From the IMG/VR virus record IMGVR_UViG_3300025575_000016, positions 1 through 57,935 of that record: DNA of 57,935 nt; one strand, written 5' to 3'. The number at the start of each line of letters is the position of its first letter. Position 1 is the first letter of the stretch. The stretch is from a virus (taxonomy: Duplodnaviria; Caudoviricetes). The position numbers were made by a program, and so were the translations under genes. The notes under the pieces were generated by a model. It searched no databases and was not told the DNA's origin. It saw only the letters and a list, made by a program, of their open reading frames with translations. This document shows, piece after piece, positions 19,337 through 27,897 of this stretch.

Positions 19337-19497
19337 GTTCTAATAGGACATAGTATAAATTAGAATGGTAATTTAATATGAAAAAGAATTAAGAGAATCA
19401 CGTTCTAAAAGAACATAGTATAAATTAGAATTAAGAGAAGCGGATTAACAGTTAATGTATTTTGCACATTCTAATAGAACATATCATAAATTAAAAA
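19337..19497 (+). CRISPR. Mini-array 2: consensus GTTCTAATAGAACATAGTATAAATTAGAAT; 3 repeats (last degenerate), 2 spacers
   Basis: Repeats at 19337-19366, 19402-19431 and 19468-19497; spacers of 35 and 36 bp. Confidence 0.85.
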
Positions 19498-19514
19498 ATA
19501 AAGGGGATTAATAT

Positions 19515-20855
19515 ATGAACAAGTGTATAAAAATTACTATAAAAAATTGCGAAGAAATAGATAAAAGAGCCTTAAATAAAAAATTATGGGATATAAGGTG
19601 TAAAACTGCATTAGCATGTAATAAAGCTATTACATGGATGTTTACTTTTGCTCAAGAAAATATGGATTATAAAACTTTAACAGGTAAGAGTATTAATGAA
19701 AAAGAAAGATTTGGGAAGTCTCATGGTTCATGGATAGAAAATAGAATGAATGAGATTATGGAAATTTGTAATAGTGCAAATGTAGCACAAACAAGACAAT
19801 TTGTTACTAATAGATTTAATGATGATAAAAAGAAGGGAGTATTTAAAGGAGAAGTTTCTATTTCTAATTTCAAGAAAACAATACCTATAATTATTCATAA
19901 CAAAAACTTCAAAATATCTCAAGGAAATAGTGGATATGAAGTGGAAATGAGTTTATTTAATAGAGGATATCAGAAAGAAAACAATATTAAAAGACTCATA
20001 TTGAATATTGATAAATTAGGATCTAGTGAAAAATCAATTCTCAATAGAATAATTTCTGGTGAGTATAAACAAGGATCTGCTCAAATAACAGAGGATAAAA
20101 AAAGAAAGGGAAAATGGTATCTGACAATAAGTTTTAGTTTTGAATCTCAAAAAATAGAAAATTTAGATATTAATAGGATTTTAGGTGTGGATTTAGGAAT
20201 AGTAAATACAGCAACTATGCAAGTTTATGACTCTAGTACAGAAAAATGGGACAGGTTAAATTGGAAGGAGTGTATAATAAATGGACAAGAATTGATTCAT
20301 TTTAGACAAAAGATTGAAGCAAGGAAAAGACAATTGCAAATAGCCAGTAAATGTGTAGGAGAAGGGAGAATAGGTCATGGTATTCACACTAGAATGAAGC
20401 CATTAGAAAGAATGAATGATAATATTTCTAAGTTTAGAGATACATTTAATCATAAGGTTAGCAAATATATAGTTGATATGGCAGTTAAATACAATTGTGG
20501 CATGATACAAATGGAAAATTTAAGTGGATTCAGTGAACAACAAACCGAAAGTTTATTAAAAAATTGGAGTTACTTTGATTTACAAGCTAAAGTTAAATAT
20601 AAGGCTGAGGAAAAGGGAATTTATATTAATTTTATTAATCCTCAATACACTTCTAAAAGATGTTCTTCTTGTGGATGTATTCATAAAGATAATAGAGATT
20701 GTAAAAGCAATCAAGCAAAGTTCAAATGTGTTGTATGTGGGCATGAAGAAAATGCAGATACTAATGCTGCTAAGAATATTTCAATTCCAGATATTGAGAA
20801 CATAATAAAAGAACAACTAGAGTTAAATAAGAAAGTTGATTTAAAAGTTTCTTAG
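19515..20855 (+). CDS. cas12f: Cas12f1-like (type V-F, TnpB-derived) RNA-guided nuclease, 446 aa, RuvC triad intact
   Basis: RuvC-I GVDLG, RuvC-II QMENL, Zn finger CSSC...CVVC, RuvC-III NADTNAA. Colinear with AsCas12f1 as recalled (RIISGEY, KWYL.IS, GHG..R.KP, FRDT.NH, NW.Y.DLQ.K..YKAEE.GI, PQYTS). Adjacent arrays and tracr-like RNAs. Confidence 0.88.
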   Translation: MNKCIKITIKNCEEIDKRALNKKLWDIRCKTALACNKAITWMFTFAQENMDYKTLTGKSINEKERFGKSHGSWIENRMNEIMEICNSANVAQTRQFVTNRFNDDKKKGVFKGEVSISNFKKTIPIIIHNKNFKISQGNSGYEVEMSLFNRGYQKENNIKRLILNIDKLGSSEKSILNRIISGEYKQGSAQITEDKKRKGKWYLTISFSFESQKIENLDINRILGVDLGIVNTATMQVYDSSTEKWDRLNWKECIINGQELIHFRQKIEARKRQLQIASKCVGEGRIGHGIHTRMKPLERMNDNISKFRDTFNHKVSKYIVDMAVKYNCGMIQMENLSGFSEQQTESLLKNWSYFDLQAKVKYKAEEKGIYINFINPQYTSKRCSSCGCIHKDNRDCKSNQAKFKCVVCGHEENADTNAAKNISIPDIENIIKEQLELNKKVDLKVS

Positions 20856-20906
20856 ACAATTCAATAATAATATTATGATGGCGATCAACGCAGAGGAGAT
20901 TATATT

Positions 20907-21167
20907 ATGAATGAAGTTAACCAAGAACAAATGGCAGAATTACAAAAACAATTAGATGCTTCTGAACCGATTCCTATTTCTATGACTATGACAAAAGAAT
21001 CGTTTAAATTTATTGTTAAACAATTGAGGATTGCCGATGAAGAAAAATATAGAATCCAAAATGGAATTACAATTGCTAGTAAAAACTCATCATTATTTAA
21101 ATTTCAAGCTAGGGTTATGTATTCAGATAATTCTACAAAGTTAATAAATCTAAGGGAAGAAAAGTAA
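20907..21167 (+). CDS. Hypothetical protein
   Basis: ORF with GAGGAG RBS. Confidence 0.6.
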   Translation: MNEVNQEQMAELQKQLDASEPIPISMTMTKESFKFIVKQLRIADEEKYRIQNGITIASKNSSLFKFQARVMYSDNSTKLINLREEK

Positions 21168-21334
21168 TGGAAGGGTTAAGTTTTAATAAAGAGGAATTGC
21201 TTAGAATTCAAGAGATGGCTATAAATGAACAAAAGGAAATATGTAGATTAACAGGAAATTTCTTTGATGACGATATTAAGGCTAATGATAAGCTTATTCA
21301 GAAAGTTGGAGATATGTTAAGTCAAATTAAGTAG
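21167..21334 (+). CDS. Small hypothetical protein (55 aa)
   Basis: TAATG overlap with the upstream gene; read manually. Confidence 0.55.
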   Translation: MEGLSFNKEELLRIQEMAINEQKEICRLTGNFFDDDIKANDKLIQKVGDMLSQIK

Positions 21335-21345
21335 GAGGTATTATT

Positions 21346-21423
21346 ATGGGAACAGTTATATTAATAGTTATAGCTTTTGCAGTTGGATTTTTAAATGGAG
21401 CAGTATGTAGAGAAAAGAAATAG
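21346..21423 (+). CDS. 25-aa hydrophobic membrane peptide
   Basis: AGGAGG RBS; MGTVILIVIAFAVGFLNGAVCREKK. Confidence 0.45.
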   Translation: MGTVILIVIAFAVGFLNGAVCREKK

Positions 21424-21458
21424 ACAATTTAATAATAATATTACGAAAGGAAGGATAT

Positions 21459-21911
21459 ATGATATATACAATAATTTTTAACAATAAGCTTTTAGAGGAG
21501 TATACAAACGAATATTTTATAAAGTATCCCCGCAGGCATAAACCTCCCCTTAAATCTCCTCTTCATCCATCAATAAATACTTGGTTTATTATGAAGCGGC
21601 CACAAATGAATAACTTGAAACAAATTTGGAGTGAGTTTACTGAATGGATTGTAGAAAAACATGGATTCACAAATCTTCATATTCAGAAAGCAAATATAAC
21701 TTTTACTTATTTCTTTAAGACAAAAGCGCGACATGATGCAGATAATCTTACACCAAAATTTGTTATGGATGGATTTAGTAAATGTGGACTGATAGAAGAT
21801 GATGATTTTTCACATATAGAAACTTTAACAATTAATTCTGGAGGACACGATAAATTAGATCCAAGGATGATAGTGACAATTGAAAATTTAGAAGGTGTTA
21901 CTAATGATTGA
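21459..21911 (+). CDS. RusA-like Holliday junction resolvase
   Basis: PSIN, RHDADNL..KFVMDG...GLIEDDD motifs. Confidence 0.8.
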   Translation: MIYTIIFNNKLLEEYTNEYFIKYPRRHKPPLKSPLHPSINTWFIMKRPQMNNLKQIWSEFTEWIVEKHGFTNLHIQKANITFTYFFKTKARHDADNLTPKFVMDGFSKCGLIEDDDFSHIETLTINSGGHDKLDPRMIVTIENLEGVTND

Positions 21912-22571
21912 ATTCATAGGAGTAGGTAAAATACCAATTAGGAATTATTTAGTGATAATGGATAGAAGATGTTATAGTCCAGAACTGGCTATAGAATATA
22001 CAAAAGATATTTATGGAGTAGATATAACAGAAGAAGTTAAGAAAGCATCTACAATGTGGGATTATAACAAAAATGTATATAAATTATATGATGAAGAATT
22101 TCCTCCAAAGGAACCTGATGATGGAAGTAGAAAATATTTCAATAGAGTTGGGAGAGTAAGATATGGAAGATTTTACAGGAAGTATAAAGAGAACGATGGG
22201 TACTGGGACATGCCATATGATTTGTCATTAAAGGCATCTGTAACTCATCATATATTCCCTTTAGTTTATGGAGGCAATAGTGCTTTAATGAATTTACTTC
22301 CTGTAACAGATTTTAACCATGATTTACTACATGGAAATTCAGTAGAGCAAAAGAGAGAGAATGTTGTTTTATGGCTGTTGACTATTTATCTTATCTTTAT
22401 AGTTTTGACAGTCTAAAAATATTAAAAGATAAATACAACATGATGCAGTATGACAGTTATGATGGAGAATTTAAATGTAATTATTTTAAAACAATATTTG
22501 AATCAGAAATGTCAACATTCTATAAGGATTTAAAACATGAATATTCTGAAACTTTAGAAGAGAGTAATTAA
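21904..22571 (+). pseudogene. HNH-endonuclease-like gene apparently split by a frameshift (ORFs 21895..22416 and 22371..22571)
   Basis: HHIFPLVYGGNS..NLLPV...H..LH HNH motif; the frame changes at an AG dinucleotide run near 22352-22360. Confidence 0.55.
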
Positions 22572-22585
22572 TATTCTCTTCTTTT
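22558..22585 (+). terminator. Intrinsic terminator
   Basis: GAAGAGAGTA-ATTAA-TATTCTCTTC followed by T run. Confidence 0.6.
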
Positions 22586-22622
22586 CATATAAATAAAAAT
22601 AAGCAATATTAGGAGGATATCA

Positions 22623-22763
22623 ATGCAAAGAATTGATTATATCGATGGATTTACAGTTACTAATAATTTCCCAGATTATACGCCTGAAGAACAAGTAATT
22701 GTAAATGAAAGATTTCTACAAAAATTATATGATATATTATTCAATGACAATAAAAAGAGTTGA
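22623..22763 (+). CDS. Small protein (46 aa) upstream of the serine recombinase
   Basis: AGGAGG RBS; read manually. Confidence 0.55.
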   Translation: MQRIDYIDGFTVTNNFPDYTPEEQVIVNERFLQKLYDILFNDNKKS

Positions 22764-22817
22764 CATAAAAGTAAAATCCTCTATAATTATATTAACATAA
22801 AAATATGAATATAAAGG

Positions 22818-24338
22818 ATGATAATTATGGCAGTGGCTATTTATTCCAGACAATCTGTTGATAAAAAAGATTCTATAAGTATTGAAACTCAGATTGATTT
22901 CTGCAAAAGAGAAATCTTTGAGGAAGAAATTAAAATATATATAGATAAAGGATTTTCTGGCAAGAATATTAATAGACCTAAGTTTAAAGAAATGGAAAAA
23001 GATATAAAAGCTGGAATTATAAAAAAGGTAATAGTTTATAAACTGGACAGAATAAGCAGAAACCTTCTAGATTTTGCTAATATTATAGACTACTATAAAA
23101 AATATGATGTTGGGTTTTTAAGTTGCAATGAAAAATTTGACACTTCAACTCCAATGGGGAATGCCATGCTATCTATTTGCATGGTATTTGCTCAGTTAGA
23201 GAGAGAAACTATTCAGAAAAGAGTAAAAGATAATTATTACGCAAGAGGTGCATTAGGTCTGTATATGGGTGGGCGTGCACCTTATTCATTCATCAAAATT
23301 GAAACTAAAATCGCTGGTAAGAAAACTTATACATTTAAAAATGATAATGAAAAGGTTATATCTCTTTTAGAAATGTACGAGCTATATTCTACTTCTGATA
23401 TGAGTCTTGGCAAGGTGAGCGACTATTTAAACTCTAAAGGTATTCTTGCGGCAGAAGGTGGACTTTGGGATAGTGGTAAAATAAGCAGAATATTAAGGAA
23501 TCCTGTATATGTTATGGCAGATGCAGATGTATACTCGTATTATAAGAATAAAAGGTGTATTATAAGCAACGATATAAGTGAATTTATAGGGGTTAATGGT
23601 TGTTATTTATATGGTAAACGTGAATCTAATGAGAGAAAATATACAGATGTAACAGATCACACTCTTTCTATTGCATTACACGAAGGATTAGTAACGTCTT
23701 CTACATGGTTAGCTTGTCAATATAAATTAGATTCTAACAAACAAATAAAGAATACTGGTAAAGGTAAACATAGTTGGTTAAGTGGACTTATGAAATGTGG
23801 GAAGTGTGGATATTCTATAAGTGTAGTTGTAGCTCGAGATAAGAGATATTTAAGTTGTAGAGGTAAAACTAATATGAAGACTTGTATCGGATTTACAAAA
23901 ACTATGTTTGCAGATAAAATAGAAAAGGTCGTAGAAAAAGAAATATTCATGCGAATAGATACAATCAGAAAAAATAATTATCCTAAACAAAAAGTAGAAG
24001 ATTCCCAATCTAATAAATTCAAAATACAAATCATTGAAATTGATAGAAAAATAGATAATTTAATATTGCAATTAGAAGAATCTAGTAAAGTTTCTGCTAA
24101 ATATATGAATGCTAAAATAGAAAAACTAGATAGTGAAAAAAATATAATACTTGCTAATATAAGTAAAAATGCAATTGTTAAACTTAATTTATATCCAAAA
24201 GAAGAATTATTTAAAAAAGTTGATAATTGGGAAGGACTATCTCTAGATGAAAAAAAGAATATATGTAAATTTTTAATTAAAAAGATTAGTATAATGGAAA
24301 CCGATATTAAAATTGATTGGCATAAAGAAGTGCTCTAG
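22818..24338 (+). CDS. Large serine recombinase (integrase)
   Basis: YSRQS catalytic motif, DKGFSGKNINRP, YKLDRISR, AQLERE, Zn ribbon CGKCG, coiled coil; TTGACA/TATAAT promoter at 22760-22787. Confidence 0.93.
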   Translation: MIIMAVAIYSRQSVDKKDSISIETQIDFCKREIFEEEIKIYIDKGFSGKNINRPKFKEMEKDIKAGIIKKVIVYKLDRISRNLLDFANIIDYYKKYDVGFLSCNEKFDTSTPMGNAMLSICMVFAQLERETIQKRVKDNYYARGALGLYMGGRAPYSFIKIETKIAGKKTYTFKNDNEKVISLLEMYELYSTSDMSLGKVSDYLNSKGILAAEGGLWDSGKISRILRNPVYVMADADVYSYYKNKRCIISNDISEFIGVNGCYLYGKRESNERKYTDVTDHTLSIALHEGLVTSSTWLACQYKLDSNKQIKNTGKGKHSWLSGLMKCGKCGYSISVVVARDKRYLSCRGKTNMKTCIGFTKTMFADKIEKVVEKEIFMRIDTIRKNNYPKQKVEDSQSNKFKIQIIEIDRKIDNLILQLEESSKVSAKYMNAKIEKLDSEKNIILANISKNAIVKLNLYPKEELFKKVDNWEGLSLDEKKNICKFLIKKISIMETDIKIDWHKEVL

Positions 24339-24353
24339 TCTTTTTTATATTGT

Positions 24354-24405
24354 TTGTTTTACTCTTGTGACTATACAGGATTAATCCCATATATAAGTAA
24401 AACAA
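24354..24405. other. Candidate attP of the serine integrase
   Basis: 52-bp element with perfect 10-bp inverted arms TTGTTTTACT/AGTAAAACAA just downstream of the integrase. Confidence 0.45.
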
Positions 24406-24440
24406 GTAACACAGCCATTTATATGATATAATAGTATTGG

Positions 24441-24758
24441 GTGATACATATGAATAATATATTTAAGAAATTAATCCATTGTTCTTGCGGGAAGATATTT
24501 AATTTCAAATCAGAAAATGGTACTCCAATATATCTCTGTTCACGATACAAGAATGAAGGTAAATTGGCCTGTCCTAGAAATGCGATTAAAGAGTCTGACT
24601 TACTTAATATAATAAAACTACATACAAATCAGGAACCTAAAACAAATGGAGATGTTAGAGAAATTGTATCTCATATAGATATTAATGGAAGTTTAATTAC
24701 AATTTTTTACAGAGATAATACAACGTCAGAATGGGATTGTGATAAGTTGAAAGTTTAA
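24441..24758 (+). CDS. Stand-alone recombinase Zn-ribbon domain protein
   Basis: LIHCSCGK...YLCSRY...C....IKESDL resembles the C-terminal Zn ribbon of large serine recombinases. Confidence 0.7.
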   Translation: MIHMNNIFKKLIHCSCGKIFNFKSENGTPIYLCSRYKNEGKLACPRNAIKESDLLNIIKLHTNQEPKTNGDVREIVSHIDINGSLITIFYRDNTTSEWDCDKLKV

Positions 24759-24877
24759 AAGGACGTACATTTTGGATTAAATAATGTAAAATTATCGGCA
24801 GGGGACACTAAAATAGAGTTTTTATTAGATTTATTATAATTGGGCATAATATAAAGGAATAATATTCTAGCAAAAAA

Positions 24878-24922
24878 AATAAGACAGTCAAAACTACAAT
24901 TGAGTAGCTAGACTGTCTTATT
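24878..24922. terminator. Bidirectional terminator at the convergence of the two arms
   Basis: AATAAGACAGTC...GACTGTCTTATT stem with A-run flank. Confidence 0.75.
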
Positions 24923-24929
24923 AATATAT

Positions 24930-25850
24930 TCAATCCCATTTAACCCATTCCATTAATTGTTGATATTCATTTTCTTCTAAAACCACATCTGAAATAGAAT
25001 TTCTGAGTTCACCATCTTTATTTTGTCTAATATTGTTTCTATGATAAATTATACTCTTACATTCTTGGCAAACCCCAATACCTTTATCATGTCTATATTT
25101 ATGTTGTGTATGTATGAATTCTTCAAATTTATTTCCACAATTTGGACATTCTATTTTCCATTTATATTCGTCATCAGATTTATAATGGATTTCATTTTTA
25201 AAGTCAATGGAATGATCTTCTTTGGGTGGCTCTTTTATCTTAAATTCAGTTTTAAGCTCGTTACTATCTAGTAATGAAAATCCATTAAAATTTTCATTAC
25301 TTGTAATACTTTCTAATATTTCTATTCCATAATCAATAAAATTTTTTCGAGCTTTATTAGTTTTAATATTAAAATAGTCAATTGTATTTTCTAAACTTAT
25401 ATTGTCGGATTTGTCTAAATTTAATATTTTGCTTATTTCAGATTGAAGAAAAATATACTTTCCTATCCATAAATCATCTAAATTATAATAACTACAATTT
25501 CTTTTAATAGCTATAAGACATCTGGGATCATAGGTAACTATTACACAATTATTACCCATAAATTCCTTCAGAGAATCGATTGTGCTCACAAAAGAAATTC
25601 CGTTTTTAAAATTCACTTTAGAATATCTATATTTTAATAGTTCTTTTGGAATTGAATCATATATTTGCGGGTTTACAAAATTAGTGTATGTACTTAATTC
25701 TTTAAAGTTTTCATCTAATTTTATAGCACTAATTCTAAGAATTTCCGCTGATCTAAAATTAACTAATGCAGGGATTTCTTCTGTTTTAAACATACTGGGA
25801 AGTATTTTAATTGACTGTATATCTAATATAATATAATTCATATTGTTCAC
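24930..25850 (-). CDS. DEDD 3'-5' exonuclease-like protein (possibly inactive) with C-terminal Zn ribbon
   Basis: YIILDIQ, EILRISAIK, FVNP, SLENTI..F motifs; CPNC...CQEC. Confidence 0.6.
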   Translation of the reverse strand: MNNMNYIILDIQSIKILPSMFKTEEIPALVNFRSAEILRISAIKLDENFKELSTYTNFVNPQIYDSIPKELLKYRYSKVNFKNGISFVSTIDSLKEFMGNNCVIVTYDPRCLIAIKRNCSYYNLDDLWIGKYIFLQSEISKILNLDKSDNISLENTIDYFNIKTNKARKNFIDYGIEILESITSNENFNGFSLLDSNELKTEFKIKEPPKEDHSIDFKNEIHYKSDDEYKWKIECPNCGNKFEEFIHTQHKYRHDKGIGVCQECKSIIYHRNNIRQNKDGELRNSISDVVLEENEYQQLMEWVKWD

Positions 25851-26055
25851 CTCATTATGCCTTTTCTTATATTATACCATAATAAATTTAAATTATACTT
25901 GTGCTTTGGTAATAATTGGACATTGAATTATAAAAATAAATTTGTTACAATATATGAATACACATTGGCCTGTGTATAATTTAAATTTATTCCCTAAAAA
26001 TACCCTATACAGGCTACAATTAAGTAGTTTATATAGGGTTATAATATTATAAATA

Positions 26056-27114
26056 TTAACTAACTTTATTAAATTCTTCTAATGTGTCTTTTAAATAAAC
26101 TGCATTTGATGCCTTATAATACAATTTGGGATTTACGGTGACAACTTTATCTTTTACTTTAAATAAATTATCTTCTCCACATACTGAATTAAGTAAGAAT
26201 TCTCCGAATCTATTACAATTATTACTTTGATAAAATATTTTATGAATATCTTTGATTGATAATGGGACTACATCATCTAAATATGTTGTTTCAGGATTAC
26301 TGCAAATTATATTATATTTGAAATGAACATATGGAATTAATTTAAATATAATACTGAATTTCAGAGCATTCCTCGTACTAATTTCTTTATATAAATTTTG
26401 TATAAAAGATTTGTATATTTTAATTTTATTATCTTTATTTATAGTTCTATCTTTATAATTTCGCATCATTCCAACATAAAAATATTTCTGATTCACCATT
26501 ATCTTATTTCCAACTTCTATTAATATATTGTTTTTAAAACTTTTCTTTAAAAAATCTTTAGTGCAAGTAGCGTTTTCCTTTAATACAGATTTAAGTTTTT
26601 TCTTACCAATTAATACTCCATTACCAAAACTTAAACAACCATCACTAGTTACATAACTACATAGATAAAATAATCTTAATAAATCTCCACTACTATATAT
26701 GTCTGTCAATTCATTAAGTGAATCAGTCATAAAATAAACAAAGCTCCCCATATGTTCTTTTTCTAATACTCTAAAATCACTAATGACATTATAATGTTCT
26801 GTGGTACTAGAATTTACATTATATCCTATTGCAATACTAAATGATTTGTACTTGTTAATGTACAGCTGTTCTATATCTAGCAATATCTTTTTATCGTATT
26901 CCTCTTGTCTAATTTTACAAAGTATTTCAAATGAGAAGTTTTCAGAACCAACTTCATTCCAAGCAGATTGAAGTTTACCAGAGTGATGTTCTCCTTTATT
27001 TAATAATCTTATATGCTGTTTCCATCTGTTATGGATATTATTACTACTCCCTATATATATTTTATCATCTAGTTTATTCTTAATTTGATAAACTCCTATT
27101 ATTATATCTTCCAT
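26056..27114 (-). CDS. GIY-YIG endonuclease fused to a RepL/wHTH-like region
   Basis: GVYQIKN...YIGSS, RWKQH, EQLYI, GYN; C-terminal LIPYVH..YNI.C.NP...VNPKLYY. Confidence 0.75.
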   Translation of the reverse strand: MEDIIIGVYQIKNKLDDKIYIGSSNNIHNRWKQHIRLLNKGEHHSGKLQSAWNEVGSENFSFEILCKIRQEEYDKKILLDIEQLYINKYKSFSIAIGYNVNSSTTEHYNVISDFRVLEKEHMGSFVYFMTDSLNELTDIYSSGDLLRLFYLCSYVTSDGCLSFGNGVLIGKKKLKSVLKENATCTKDFLKKSFKNNILIEVGNKIMVNQKYFYVGMMRNYKDRTINKDNKIKIYKSFIQNLYKEISTRNALKFSIIFKLIPYVHFKYNIICSNPETTYLDDVVPLSIKDIHKIFYQSNNCNRFGEFLLNSVCGEDNLFKVKDKVVTVNPKLYYKASNAVYLKDTLEEFNKVS

Positions 27115-27284
27115 TATTATACATCTCCTAGATTACTATATTTCTACATAAAAATAGAGGGAATTTATACCCTCTATCCTGATAAATCATGCTGTTTTAG
27201 CCTATAATAGTGGGAAGAACTTCCCTATAAAAAATCTGTTAACCTCCTATTTAAGCCATTGTTACATCGAATTTCTTAATATTC

Positions 27285-27878
27285 TTATCCTTTAATTACT
27301 GATGTAGCATATTTATATCCAATCATCTCAAACACTTTTGGAATAGCTTTATTAATCTTCTGCCCTTTGAACATTAAATTAGGGTTGACTATATAAAATG
27401 TGTCTCTACCAATCCATAAACGAATTAAACATTTCTTCTCTTCTAAAGCCTTACCTCTACTGAATACAGTTTTACTATCTAACTCTAGTTCCTCTGCAAG
27501 TCTTTTCTTATTAAGTGGAATACCTTCTTTATCTACTAATAAATTTTCTTCCCATAGTAAATAAGGAGATAGTGAATATAGAAAAAGAACCTCAAGTCTA
27601 GTTAGACCATAAAGTTCTTTAGCACTTTGTATTTCGTTCATAAATAGTTTGATAAACTCATTCCTTTCACCCTTAGCATGTTTCCATAGTCTTTTTGAAT
27701 CATCTTGAACATACGAAGTTATTCTATAATTATCTAAATTATTTTCTTCTTTTAATTTCTGCATTGCTAAACAAATTAATTTCTGCGCACAATATTCATC
27801 CTGGATATCTGGGTTAGTTTCAAATAACATATCCAAAACGTTTAATTGCTTTTGTCTTATTACCGGATCAATTACCAT
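27285..27878 (-). CDS. HTH / RepL-like DNA-binding protein
   Basis: LNKKRLAEELELDSKTV HTH and YIVNPNLMFKG. Confidence 0.55.
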   Translation of the reverse strand: MVIDPVIRQKQLNVLDMLFETNPDIQDEYCAQKLICLAMQKLKEENNLDNYRITSYVQDDSKRLWKHAKGERNEFIKLFMNEIQSAKELYGLTRLEVLFLYSLSPYLLWEENLLVDKEGIPLNKKRLAEELELDSKTVFSRGKALEEKKCLIRLWIGRDTFYIVNPNLMFKGQKINKAIPKVFEMIGYKYATSVIKG

Positions 27879-27897
27879 ATTCTACATGCCTCCTAGG

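Noticed and set aside
19367-19380. Spacer 3 start (GGTAATTTAATA) resembling the motif copy at 4037 (GGTAATTAAATA), suggesting self-regulation
   Set aside because: Short AT-rich match with a mismatch and no obvious TTR PAM; likely chance.
19515-20855. IS200/IS605 or IS607 TnpB transposon
   Set aside because: No tnpA and no room for a 3' omegaRNA/right end (the phage motif overlaps the stop codon); upstream arrays and tracr-like RNAs fit Cas12f better.
3169-21443. The 18-bp dispersed motif as a CRISPR array
   Set aside because: Irregular, gene-scale spacing rather than repeat-spacer periodicity.
24865-24875. TTCTAGCAAAA shared with spacer 2
   Set aside because: Only 11 nt, internal to the spacer; expected by chance.
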